Of a stretch of DNA of 64,000 nucleotides, positions 9,628 to 19,238 are shown one piece after another. A program made the position numbers and the translations under genes. The notes under the pieces are model-generated. The model was not told the DNA's origin. It was given only the letters and a program-made list of their open reading frames with translations, and made no database searches. Origin of the DNA: Arenicellales bacterium (lineage in GTDB: Bacteria > Pseudomonadota > Gammaproteobacteria > Arenicellales > JAJDZL01); NCBI GenBank assembly GCA_965220725.1, contig OZ244840.1, positions 1,152,548-1,216,547 on the forward strand. Reading direction: 5' to 3'. Numbering within the stretch: the stretch's first letter is position 1; each line of letters starts with the position of its first letter.

Positions 9628-11079
9628 ATGGAAGTTCATTCACAGGTTGATTACGACACCCGGATTCCGAACAACGTCGGACTGAGTTCGGATCGCAAGG
9701 TTCTAAGGGCCTTGGAAAAATGGCATCCGAATTTTCTTGGTTGGTGGGAAAACCTGATTCCACAGCAGTATCAGAAATCCAAGGTCTATCTTCGAACTGC
9801 TGTCTCAGCGGACTCCAAGGGATGGGCCAAGTTCGACTACGTCAAGATGCCCAGTTACCGTTGGGGCGTCCTGCTCGCGCCACCTCAGGAAGGGCGCACC
9901 GTTCCCTGCGGTGAACATTACAGTGAACCTGCATGGCAGGAAGTGCCTGGTGAGTACCGCAATATGCTCAAGCGGCTGATCGTCATCCAAGGTGATACCG
10001 AACCCGCGTCAGTCGAGCAACAGCATTTGCTTGCGCTGACCGCGCCATCGCTATACGACATGCGTAATCTGTTCCAGGTCAATGTGGAGGAAGGCCGGCA
10101 TCTTTGGGCAATGGTCTATCTGCTGTTCAAATACTTCGGAAGAGATGGACGCGAGGAGGGTGAGGAACTTCTTCGCCGTTCGTCCGGATCCGAAGAGACA
10201 CCGAGACTGCTGGGTGCTTTCAATGAGAAGACTCCCGACTGGCTGTCTTTTTTCATGTTCACCTTTTGCACTGACCGCGATGGGAAGATGCAGTTGGAAA
10301 GTCTGGCGCAGTCCGGATTCGACCCGCTCAGTCGAACCTGTCGCTTCATGCTGACTGAAGAGGCGCATCATATGTTTGTCGGTGAGAATGGTGTGACCAG
10401 AACCATCCAAGCCACCCTGGATGCGATGAACAATGCCGGAATCGACGATCCTTTTGATGTTAATCGAATTCGCTCACTGGGGGTCATTGATCTGCCGACA
10501 ATTCAGAAGAAACTGAATCTGCACTTTTCACTCAGCCTTGATCTGTTCGGTCAGGAAATGTCAACAAATGCTGCTAATGCCTTCAATGCCGGGATCAAGG
10601 GACGCTACATGGAATCCAAACTCGAAGATGACCATCAACTGGCTGGCGATACCTATTCCGTGAGAACAGTCAAAGATGGAAAGATCGTCGCTGAGGACGT
10701 GCCGGCACTGACTGCGATCAACATGCGATTAAGGGACGATTATGTGCAAGATGCCTCAAAAGGCGTCAAGAGGTGGAACAGCCTGATACGACGCAACCAC
10801 ATTCAATTTGAGATGAGACTGCCGAGTGAGGCGTTCCATCGCCAGATTGGTGTCTTTTCGTCAATTCAAGCTGATCTCGAAGGCAACATCATCAGTGAGG
10901 AACAGTGGGATGCAAATGTTGAACAGTGGCTACCCACCCAGGCGGACAGCGATTTCATCCAATCGTTGATGAAACCGTGTTACGAACCGGGGAAGTTTGC
11001 CAGCTGGATTGCCGCGCCGAGAGTCGGCATCAATAACATGCCTGGAGATTTTGAGTACGTCAAACTGCACATGGCTTGA
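9628..11079 (+). CDS. boxB: Benzoyl-CoA 2,3-epoxidase, di-iron oxygenase subunit BoxB
   Basis: 483 aa. It starts with DYDTRIPNNVGLSSDRKVLRALEKWHPNFLGWW and has di-iron EExH-type motifs (VEEGRHLWAM, LTEEAHHMFVG). Confidence 0.85.
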   Translation: MEVHSQVDYDTRIPNNVGLSSDRKVLRALEKWHPNFLGWWENLIPQQYQKSKVYLRTAVSADSKGWAKFDYVKMPSYRWGVLLAPPQEGRTVPCGEHYSEPAWQEVPGEYRNMLKRLIVIQGDTEPASVEQQHLLALTAPSLYDMRNLFQVNVEEGRHLWAMVYLLFKYFGRDGREEGEELLRRSSGSEETPRLLGAFNEKTPDWLSFFMFTFCTDRDGKMQLESLAQSGFDPLSRTCRFMLTEEAHHMFVGENGVTRTIQATLDAMNNAGIDDPFDVNRIRSLGVIDLPTIQKKLNLHFSLSLDLFGQEMSTNAANAFNAGIKGRYMESKLEDDHQLAGDTYSVRTVKDGKIVAEDVPALTAINMRLRDDYVQDASKGVKRWNSLIRRNHIQFEMRLPSEAFHRQIGVFSSIQADLEGNIISEEQWDANVEQWLPTQADSDFIQSLMKPCYEPGKFASWIAAPRVGINNMPGDFEYVKLHMA

Positions 11080-11162
11080 GTTGATCGGCGAATACCGGGG
11101 ATTTCACAGTGCATCATCTTCATTCATCGAATCTTCGCATCTTTTAACCAAGAAAGCTGTTG

Positions 11163-12074
11163 ATGCTTGATTTGTCTTCATTAAACGAATATCAGCGCAA
11201 AGCGGTTACAGAAATAAACCAGTCATTGCTGGTGGTCGCTGGTCCGGGAGCTGGAAAGACTCATGCATTGACTTGGCGAGTAGCGAACACGATCGAAAGC
11301 ACACCTGGCAAGCATTTCCGAATTTTAGGACTCACACTCACAGAAAAAGCAGCGACAGAAATACGAAGAAAATACTTGAGTCTGGTTGATGGTCAGCAAA
11401 ACCGGATTAATCTCACAACGTACCACGGGTTCGCTGCTGAAGTATTACGCCAACACGGCAGTCATATTGGACTGAAGCCTTCGTTTTTGGTTTTTGGGCA
11501 AGATTCTGAACGTAAGGCGTTACTCGAAGATGCAATAAGACTTGTTGACTCCAGTAATCATTTTCCAAATAGCGAACAGTTGCTTCCATTAATTTCCCGA
11601 TTGACAGAAAGTAATGTAGAACCGGAAGACGCGAAGCAAATTCTTGAACAGGGATCGTTTCAACACCCGGAAGAACTAGCACTAATTTATAAAAGCTACC
11701 GCGAGTTGATGATCAAGAACGATCAACTGGATTTCAGTGGATTAATCGCGGAAGCAACAAGTTTACTGAAGCGAAGTTCTGGAATTCGGAAACTTGTCCA
11801 TAAAATCTACACGCATATTTGTGTGGATGAAATCCAAAATATCAATTCCGCGCAGTACAACCTTCTTCTTCAGATTACAAGCACTGAATCAACTGTTCTA
11901 TTTTTTGTAGCTGATGAAGAACAGGTAGTTGACCAGTGGAATGGCGCGAATCCTTCCCGTTTAGACGATGTTCGAAATCATTTTAGGTTGCAACCATTGT
12001 ACTTTCCGGAAACATATCGTTGCCCGCCCGAGATCACTCAAATTGCGGATCGTTTGAATTCTGTTTATCACTGA
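11163..12074 (+). CDS. UvrD/Rep-type SF1 helicase, N-terminal half (motifs Q-IV), ends at an in-frame TGA
   Basis: Motifs are YQRKAV (Q), VVAGPGAGKTHAL (I), TYHGFA, VDEIQNINSAQ (II), VADEEQVVDQWNGAN (III) and YRCPPEI (IV). The stop TGA at 12072-12074 is in the same frame as the next ORF. Confidence 0.8.
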   Translation: MLDLSSLNEYQRKAVTEINQSLLVVAGPGAGKTHALTWRVANTIESTPGKHFRILGLTLTEKAATEIRRKYLSLVDGQQNRINLTTYHGFAAEVLRQHGSHIGLKPSFLVFGQDSERKALLEDAIRLVDSSNHFPNSEQLLPLISRLTESNVEPEDAKQILEQGSFQHPEELALIYKSYRELMIKNDQLDFSGLIAEATSLLKRSSGIRKLVHKIYTHICVDEIQNINSAQYNLLLQITSTESTVLFFVADEEQVVDQWNGANPSRLDDVRNHFRLQPLYFPETYRCPPEITQIADRLNSVYH

Positions 12075-12095
12075 CACCACAGGAAAGAGACTCAG

Positions 12096-15000
12096 ATGAC
12101 TACTCCAACTTCAGATTTCCACGACGAGTCAAGATTTGCGGTGCACGAGTTCGCCAACCTAGATCAAGAGTTGGACTGGGTCACGAACTGCATCGCCAAG
12201 ATTGAGCCGCATGAACGGTGGACCTGTGCTGTCCTGGCGCGTCACAGAAGACTCATTGATCAAGCTGTCAATGCTTTCGAAGAAAAGGGAGTCGCAACGT
12301 ACGATCCTACTCGACCAAATGAGTTCAATAGTTTCGAGTTTAGATGGTTGTACTTCGTCCTTAAACTGGCAAACTCGAGAAGTAATCGTCAGTATTTGCA
12401 AGAAGTGTGTGTTACCTTTCAACATCTGGAAAACACAAAAGTCGATATTGGGTACGTCATCGCGCACGCTTGCATCAACGAAGGAGACTATCTTCGAAGT
12501 TGGGTTGAACTGGTAACCGCGCAGAACAAATTACCGGAACCCACGCTTGAGTTAATCGAGAACTCTCTCAAACCTGACCTACTGGAATTAGTCGATTTCC
12601 GAAAGTTTCAAGCTGCTGCAATTGCTTGGTTTGACGCTCGTTTGAGTTCAGACTCTGATGAAAATGAAGTCCTTCGTCAATACAGAGAGGAAAAGCAGGT
12701 TTGGAATCACTTTGTCCAGACTATCATCCATGACCATAGAGTCGAATTTGCTCCACTTAACACATTCTTGCAGGAGATTGACCTTCAATCACGACCTCCG
12801 ATTAAACAGCCTGATGCAGTAACCTGCGCCACCATACACTCATCCGGAGGGATGAACTTTCGTCACGTCTACCTGATCGGAATGGTTGAAGGTGAACTAC
12901 CGAGTCAGATGGCTTTCAAAAAGGGAAGTGACAGCCGAAAAATGGAAGAAGAGAGAAGAATTTGCTTTACCGCCATCACCCGCACCCAAGATTCGCTGAC
13001 GCTCACCTACTCGAAAGAGGTATTTGGTCAACCAAGTGAACCTTCTCGCTTTCTGTCCTACATGGGACTGATTCAAGACTGTCAATGTGTTAAGTGTCCA
13101 TCAGCAGTTGGACGTCTTTTCGTTAATTCCCAAACCAAGATCGACAAAAACACAGCACTCGAATTATTGCGGAAATTAACAAACGACCCCAATGCCAATT
13201 TTCGAAGTGGTCAATGGGAAGCCATTGACAGACTTGTCAACCATCGAAAGAGTATGGTTGTTGTGCAGAGAACAGGCTGGGGAAAAAGCACTGTTTACTT
13301 TATCGCCACCCGATTCCTTAGGGATCAGGGATTTGGGCCAACTCTCATTGTCTCCCCGCTATTGGCGTTGATGCGCAACCAGATTGAGGCTGCCAGTCGA
13401 CTTGGGCTGCGTGCGGAAACCATAAATTCCTCCAATTCAGACAGATGGGAGGAGATTGGAAACCAAATTGAACAGGACCTCGTTGACGTGGTACTCATCT
13501 CTCCTGAGCGTCTTGCAAACGTCGAATTCATGGAGAATTACCTGCCACGTTTCGTGAAAGGTGTCGGTTTGCTTGTGGTCGATGAGACTCACTGCATTTC
13601 CGATTGTGGACATGACTTTCGCCCCGACTACCGCCGATTTCGGAATCTATTACGATTCATGGGTGATGGACAGTTGATTCTTGGAACAACAGCCACTGCA
13701 AACGACCGCGTCATCGCGGATGTACGCAGTCAACTCGGCAACATTCCAGTGTCTCGAGGCGAATTGCAACGTGAATCCATTTCCTTACAGAACATGTATC
13801 TTCCAACCAAAGTTCAAAGACTGGCTTGGCTTGCCGATCATATTCATGAACTGAATGGTACAGGTATCATCTACACACTGACTGTCCATGACACCGTTGA
13901 GGTATCCAATTGGCTACAGGCGAACGGTGTAGACGCACCGGCCTATTATTCCGGTGTTGTCGCTGAAGGCTTCGATGACTCCGATCAATACCGAAGTCAC
14001 CTCGAATACAAACTTCTTAAAAATGAAGTCAAGGCTTTGGTATCGACTACAGCATTGGGAATGGGATTCGACAAGCCGGACGTTGGATTTGTAGTTCACT
14101 ACCAAATGCCAGGGTCTGTCATTGCATACTATCAACAGGTCGGCAGAGCTGGGCGCGCAATCAAGTCAGCACATGGAATTCTCATGTCAGGTCAGGAAGA
14201 TGATGCGATCAACAAGTTCTTCCGTGAGAGTTCATTTCCGAACGAAATCTGGGTAGAACGAATTCTTCAAGAACTTGATAACAGTGATGGATTGACACTA
14301 TCCGAGCTTGAGTCAAAAATCAATTTGAAGTCGTCGAGAATCGCGCATGTCCTGAAATATCTATCTGTGGTGGAACCTCATTCGCCAGTAACCAAGATTG
14401 GTTACAAGTGGTCTCGTACACCTGTCCATTTCGAACTCGACCGACAGGCAATTCAACGCATCACCAACCAAAGAGAAGATGAATGGCAGGAAATGCAACA
14501 GTACATTGAGGAAAAAAACTGTCTGATGGAATTTCTGTTGAGGTCACTAAATCAACCAAATCCAACCCGTTGTGGGAAGTGCTCGAACTGCTTGGGAAGG
14601 CCGGTTATCGATGAGTCAATTTCTGACGCTACCTTCCAAAAAGCCGTCCAGTTCCTGAGTAACCCCGAAACCAAGCTGAAACCAAAAATTCAAGTTCCCT
14701 ATGGAGTGTTCCCAGAGTATGGATTCCGAGGTAAGTTTCCTGAAAACCTTATACATGAAATCGGCCGAATAATGTCACGCTGGGGTAATTCCGGAGTCGG
14801 AAAGTGGGTGTCGATAGATAAGTACCGAGAACGATATCGAAACGAAATCGTTGACGAAGTTGAACGTATGTACAAAGACAGGTGGCACCCTACACCGAAA
14901 CCAGGATGGATCACTTGCGTCGGGTCGAGAAATGAAAACTGCAACATTACTGATTTCGCCAAACGTCTTTCTGTTGTTCTACGAATACCGTTTCGTCAAG

Positions 15001-15242
15001 TTGTGTTCAGAACAAAAGCCAATGAATATCAAAAGAAACAGCACAACAAATCGCACCAGTGTCGAAATCTTGATGGCGTGTTTGAAATCAGGGGAGAAGT
15101 AGACCCGACTGCGGTGCTTCTGGTTGATGACGTGTACGATTCGGGATGGACACTTGCAATCATTTCAGCCCTGCTTCTGCAGGCAGGCAGTGGCCCGGTT
15201 TTTCCACTTGCATTGGCAAGTGCAACCTCTAAGGACTATTGA
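12096..15242 (+). CDS. Fusion protein: UvrD C-terminal half + RecQ-type SF2 helicase + ComFC-like phosphoribosyltransferase-fold domain
   Basis: - UvrD motifs V/VI: ATIHSSGGMNFRHVYLIGM and EERRICFTAITRTQDSLTLTY.
- RecQ motifs: FRSGQWEAI, VQRTGWGKS, LIVSPLLALMRNQ, VDETHCISDCGHDFRPDY, LGTTATA, STTALGMGFDKPDV and YYQQVGRAGR, plus the Zn motif CLMEF...RCGKCSNC.
- C-terminal PRTase signature: CRNLDGVFEI...VLLVDDVYDSGWTLA. Confidence 0.8.
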   Translation: MTTPTSDFHDESRFAVHEFANLDQELDWVTNCIAKIEPHERWTCAVLARHRRLIDQAVNAFEEKGVATYDPTRPNEFNSFEFRWLYFVLKLANSRSNRQYLQEVCVTFQHLENTKVDIGYVIAHACINEGDYLRSWVELVTAQNKLPEPTLELIENSLKPDLLELVDFRKFQAAAIAWFDARLSSDSDENEVLRQYREEKQVWNHFVQTIIHDHRVEFAPLNTFLQEIDLQSRPPIKQPDAVTCATIHSSGGMNFRHVYLIGMVEGELPSQMAFKKGSDSRKMEEERRICFTAITRTQDSLTLTYSKEVFGQPSEPSRFLSYMGLIQDCQCVKCPSAVGRLFVNSQTKIDKNTALELLRKLTNDPNANFRSGQWEAIDRLVNHRKSMVVVQRTGWGKSTVYFIATRFLRDQGFGPTLIVSPLLALMRNQIEAASRLGLRAETINSSNSDRWEEIGNQIEQDLVDVVLISPERLANVEFMENYLPRFVKGVGLLVVDETHCISDCGHDFRPDYRRFRNLLRFMGDGQLILGTTATANDRVIADVRSQLGNIPVSRGELQRESISLQNMYLPTKVQRLAWLADHIHELNGTGIIYTLTVHDTVEVSNWLQANGVDAPAYYSGVVAEGFDDSDQYRSHLEYKLLKNEVKALVSTTALGMGFDKPDVGFVVHYQMPGSVIAYYQQVGRAGRAIKSAHGILMSGQEDDAINKFFRESSFPNEIWVERILQELDNSDGLTLSELESKINLKSSRIAHVLKYLSVVEPHSPVTKIGYKWSRTPVHFELDRQAIQRITNQREDEWQEMQQYIEEKNCLMEFLLRSLNQPNPTRCGKCSNCLGRPVIDESISDATFQKAVQFLSNPETKLKPKIQVPYGVFPEYGFRGKFPENLIHEIGRIMSRWGNSGVGKWVSIDKYRERYRNEIVDEVERMYKDRWHPTPKPGWITCVGSRNENCNITDFAKRLSVVLRIPFRQVVFRTKANEYQKKQHNKSHQCRNLDGVFEIRGEVDPTAVLLVDDVYDSGWTLAIISALLLQAGSGPVFPLALASATSKDY

Positions 15243-15243
15243 C

Positions 15244-16824
15244 ATGGAAATCAGTCGCGAATGTAAAGTTGCAATTCACTTGACCGGACGTTTCGGGAAG
15301 TTCGAAGGTGAACAATTCGACCCACTGAAGTCAAGTGAGTGGCATGAGTTTTGCGATTGGTTGAGTCAAAACAGCGTAGCGATTGGTGATTTGAACGAAA
15401 TGACAGTAATGGAATTACCGATTGATTGGGAAGAGATCAATTTAACTCCTGAACGAATAAGAGATCTCTTGAAGCGAAGATTTGTCTCAGATGAGAAAGT
15501 TCAACGCTGGGTTAGCGCAGGCTTGTGGATGTTGACCTTATCAGACGAATCCTATCCGAAGGAACTTATGGAAAGACTACAAGATAAGTCGCCACCAGTT
15601 CTATACGGAAGTGGAAATCCCGAATTATTGAATCTTCGCGGCGTCGCGATAGTCGGATCAAGAAATGCAGATGCCAGTGATCTAGAATACTCTACGGAAC
15701 TCGCCAAAGATTTGGCTGGTTGCGATTATTCGATCATCTCGGGCGGCGCCCGAGGTGTAGACCAAGCTGCGATGCTTGGAGCGCTGGAAAATGGTGGAAA
15801 GTCTGTCGGTGTGCTAGCAGATAAATTATTGCAATCAACTACCTCATCGCTGTATCGAAAGCATTTGGTTTCTGGTGATTTGGTATTGGTTTCACCTTTT
15901 CATCCCGAAACTAGTTTCACCGCCTGGAATGCAATGGCTCGGAATCACATCATCTATGCCCTTGCTCAGTCAGCAGTTGTCATTACCTGTGATGAGAATA
16001 GCGGAGGCAGCTGGCGCGGTGCGATAGACAATTTGAACTCTGACTGGACTATTCCGTTGTGGGTCAAAAGGTCTGGAAATGCAGCACTGCATGAGTTAGG
16101 CGCATTCTGGCTGCCCGATAACGGAGCGAACTCAATCGTTGGTTACCTCGACACACCTGAGTTGAGTGATCATGAAGAAGTTTTCTTTGACTTGTTTTTA
16201 CGCGTGACGCGAAAGTTCCTGTTTGATGGGCCTAGGAAACTAAAAGAAATAACTGATCATTTTCTCCAGTACGAACTTTCGACAAGTCAAATACGTCACT
16301 GGCTCAATCAGGCTGTCGATAGCGGATTTGTGGAACAAGGAACTGTCGCTCCAGGCAAGTATTCTTTTCCCCAAACAGTCACGAATTACTTCGAATTGTT
16401 TAGATTTAGACTTGAAGATTTACTTTCTGATGGTCCAAAAAAGATTCAAAATATTTCTAAGCACTTCTCCGAAACAGGATTATCTGAAAGTCAAGTTCGG
16501 GTGTGGTTGAATCAAGCATCGTACGAAGGATTCGTGAAGAAAAAGGGGGGCAAACGTGCAGAGTACGCTCTTGTAACCTCTAATTCTATTTTTTTCGAAT
16601 TTTTCACTAGTCACATGCAAAACTTTCTATCGGAAGGTCATAAGAGTCTGCAAGAGACATTCGATCACTGTGCGCAGTTTGACTTGTCCAACCAACAAGT
16701 TCGTGTTTGGTTGGGTCAAGCAGTGGATCAAGGTTCAATCGAAAAAAAGAAAGTAAGCGGAAAAGTGGCATACGGTTCATTTGACAATCAAAAACCGAAA
16801 CAGGGTGAGCTTCCTTTGGGATAA
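15244..16824 (+). CDS. DprA/Smf-family DNA-processing protein with three tandem C-terminal winged-helix modules
   Basis: ATG 15244 lies 1 nt after the upstream stop (the ORF track start at 15124 overlaps the previous gene). The DprA signature is LSDESYPKELMERLQDKSPPVLYGSGNPELL, VAIVGSRNA, IISGGARGVDQAAMLGAL and NAMARNHIIYAL. Confidence 0.8.
   Translation: MEISRECKVAIHLTGRFGKFEGEQFDPLKSSEWHEFCDWLSQNSVAIGDLNEMTVMELPIDWEEINLTPERIRDLLKRRFVSDEKVQRWVSAGLWMLTLSDESYPKELMERLQDKSPPVLYGSGNPELLNLRGVAIVGSRNADASDLEYSTELAKDLAGCDYSIISGGARGVDQAAMLGALENGGKSVGVLADKLLQSTTSSLYRKHLVSGDLVLVSPFHPETSFTAWNAMARNHIIYALAQSAVVITCDENSGGSWRGAIDNLNSDWTIPLWVKRSGNAALHELGAFWLPDNGANSIVGYLDTPELSDHEEVFFDLFLRVTRKFLFDGPRKLKEITDHFLQYELSTSQIRHWLNQAVDSGFVEQGTVAPGKYSFPQTVTNYFELFRFRLEDLLSDGPKKIQNISKHFSETGLSESQVRVWLNQASYEGFVKKKGGKRAEYALVTSNSIFFEFFTSHMQNFLSEGHKSLQETFDHCAQFDLSNQQVRVWLGQAVDQGSIEKKKVSGKVAYGSFDNQKPKQGELPLG
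16180..16779 (+). repeat. Three tandem ~62-65-codon protein repeats (DprA_WH-like wHTH) inside the DprA gene
   Basis: The three units are:
- FFDLFLRVTRKFLFDGPRKLKEITDHF..LSTSQIRHWLNQAVDSGFVEQ
- YFELFRFRLEDLLSDGPKKIQNISKHF..LSESQVRVWLNQASYEGFVKK
- FFEFFTSHMQNFLSEGHKSLQETFDHC..LSNQQVRVWLGQAVDQGSIEK. Confidence 0.7.
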
Positions 16825-16845
16825 AGTCAATTCCTCACCGCAAAC

Positions 16846-16875
16846 AAAAAAGCCCTGCCGAAGCAGGGCTTTTTT
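16846..16875. terminator. Bidirectional rho-independent terminator between the DprA gene and groEL
   Basis: aaaaa-AGCCCTGC-cgaa-GCAGGGCT-ttttt: a perfect 8-bp GC-rich stem with a 4-nt loop, an A-run on one side and a T-run on the other. Confidence 0.8.
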
Positions 16876-16894
16876 CATCCGATCAACGGAATGA

Positions 16895-18556
<1,662 letters not shown>

Positions 18557-18565
18557 TCAATGAAA

Positions 18566-18853
18566 TTACTCAATTACCGCCATGATGTCGTCTTCACGCA
18601 TCATGAGGACTTCCTCGCCGTCCTGTCTGAACTCAGTGCCGGCGTACTTGCCGAACAGCACCTTGTCTCCAACCTTGACGTCGAGCGGACGAACACTACC
18701 GTCATCCTGAATCTTGCCGTTACCCACGGCAAGAATTTCACCCTGCATCGGCTTTTCAGCCGCGGTATCAGGAATAACGATACCGCCAGGGCTTGTACGT
18801 TCGTCTTCGACCCTGCGAACGACTACACGATCATGAAGTGGACGAATTTTCAC
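18566..18853 (-). CDS. groES: Co-chaperonin GroES
   Basis: GTG start with a GGAGG SD. The protein reads [35 protein letters not shown]. Confidence 0.97.
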   Translation of the reverse strand: MKIRPLHDRVVVRRVEDERTSPGGIVIPDTAAEKPMQGEILAVGNGKIQDDGSVRPLDVKVGDKVLFGKYAGTEFRQDGEEVLMMREDDIMAVIE

Positions 18854-18898
18854 GTATACCTCCTACTTAAGGACTCAATGACTAAAAGTTCAAAACAA

Positions 18899-18920
18899 TT
18901 GCGCAGAACAGTCTGCGCAA
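18899..18920 (-). promoter_or_regulatory. Perfect hairpin in the groES 5' leader
   Basis: ttgcgcaga-acag-tctgcgcaa: a 9-bp stem and 4-nt loop between the sigma32-type promoter and the SD. Confidence 0.5.
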
Positions 18921-18931
18921 TCCAAGTTATC

Positions 18932-18959
18932 AATTGGGGTTCAAGCGGTGAATTTCAAG
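18932..18959 (-). promoter_or_regulatory. Sigma32 (RpoH)-type heat-shock promoter of groESL
   Basis: The minus strand reads CTTGAAA-13 nt-CCCCAATT, matching the CTTGAAA / CCCCATNT consensus. Confidence 0.6.
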
Positions 18960-19018
18960 TTAATCAAGCATCTGATTGAGTCAGTCACCACCTGATTCCA
19001 ATACACTTTCGAGGTTTG

Positions 19019-19045
19019 TTAGCACTCGCCTCGATTGAGTGCTAA
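19019..19045. promoter_or_regulatory. CIRCE operator (HrcA binding site)
   Basis: TTAGCACTC-gcctcgatt-GAGTGCTAA: a perfect match to the CIRCE inverted-repeat consensus, upstream of groES. Confidence 0.9.
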
Positions 19046-19048
19046 CAA

Positions 19049-19076
19049 ATTATAAGGACGAAAAAGTCAATGTCAA
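19049..19076 (-). promoter_or_regulatory. Consensus sigma70 promoter of groESL
   Basis: The minus strand reads TTGACA (19076-19071), a 16-nt spacer, then TATAAT (19054-19049). CIRCE starts 3 nt downstream of the -10. Confidence 0.7.
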
Positions 19077-19238
19077 CTGTTAGTTTGAAAATATTGTTTG
19101 GATGGCTGTGGAGGACGAACGAATTTAGAGTGTTGCATTGTCTGCTCCCGTTTTCATTTTGATTAGGGTAATTCAACTCAGGCAAATACTACAGACTATG
19201 ACTCCAGAACTCTGCATTGGAATTTACCAGTTAAAAAT

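Noticed and set aside
12072-12074. Selenocysteine or programmed recoding at the in-frame TGA.
   Set aside because: I see no convincing SECIS-like stem-loop immediately downstream, and a Sec residue has no rationale in a helicase linker. It is kept only as an unproven alternative under the split-gene finding.
15124-15243. A 40-codon upstream extension of the DprA ORF overlapping the PRTase domain.
   Set aside because: ATG 15244 lies 1 nt after the upstream stop, which is typical translational coupling. The extension is out of frame with, and embedded in, a conserved PRTase motif.
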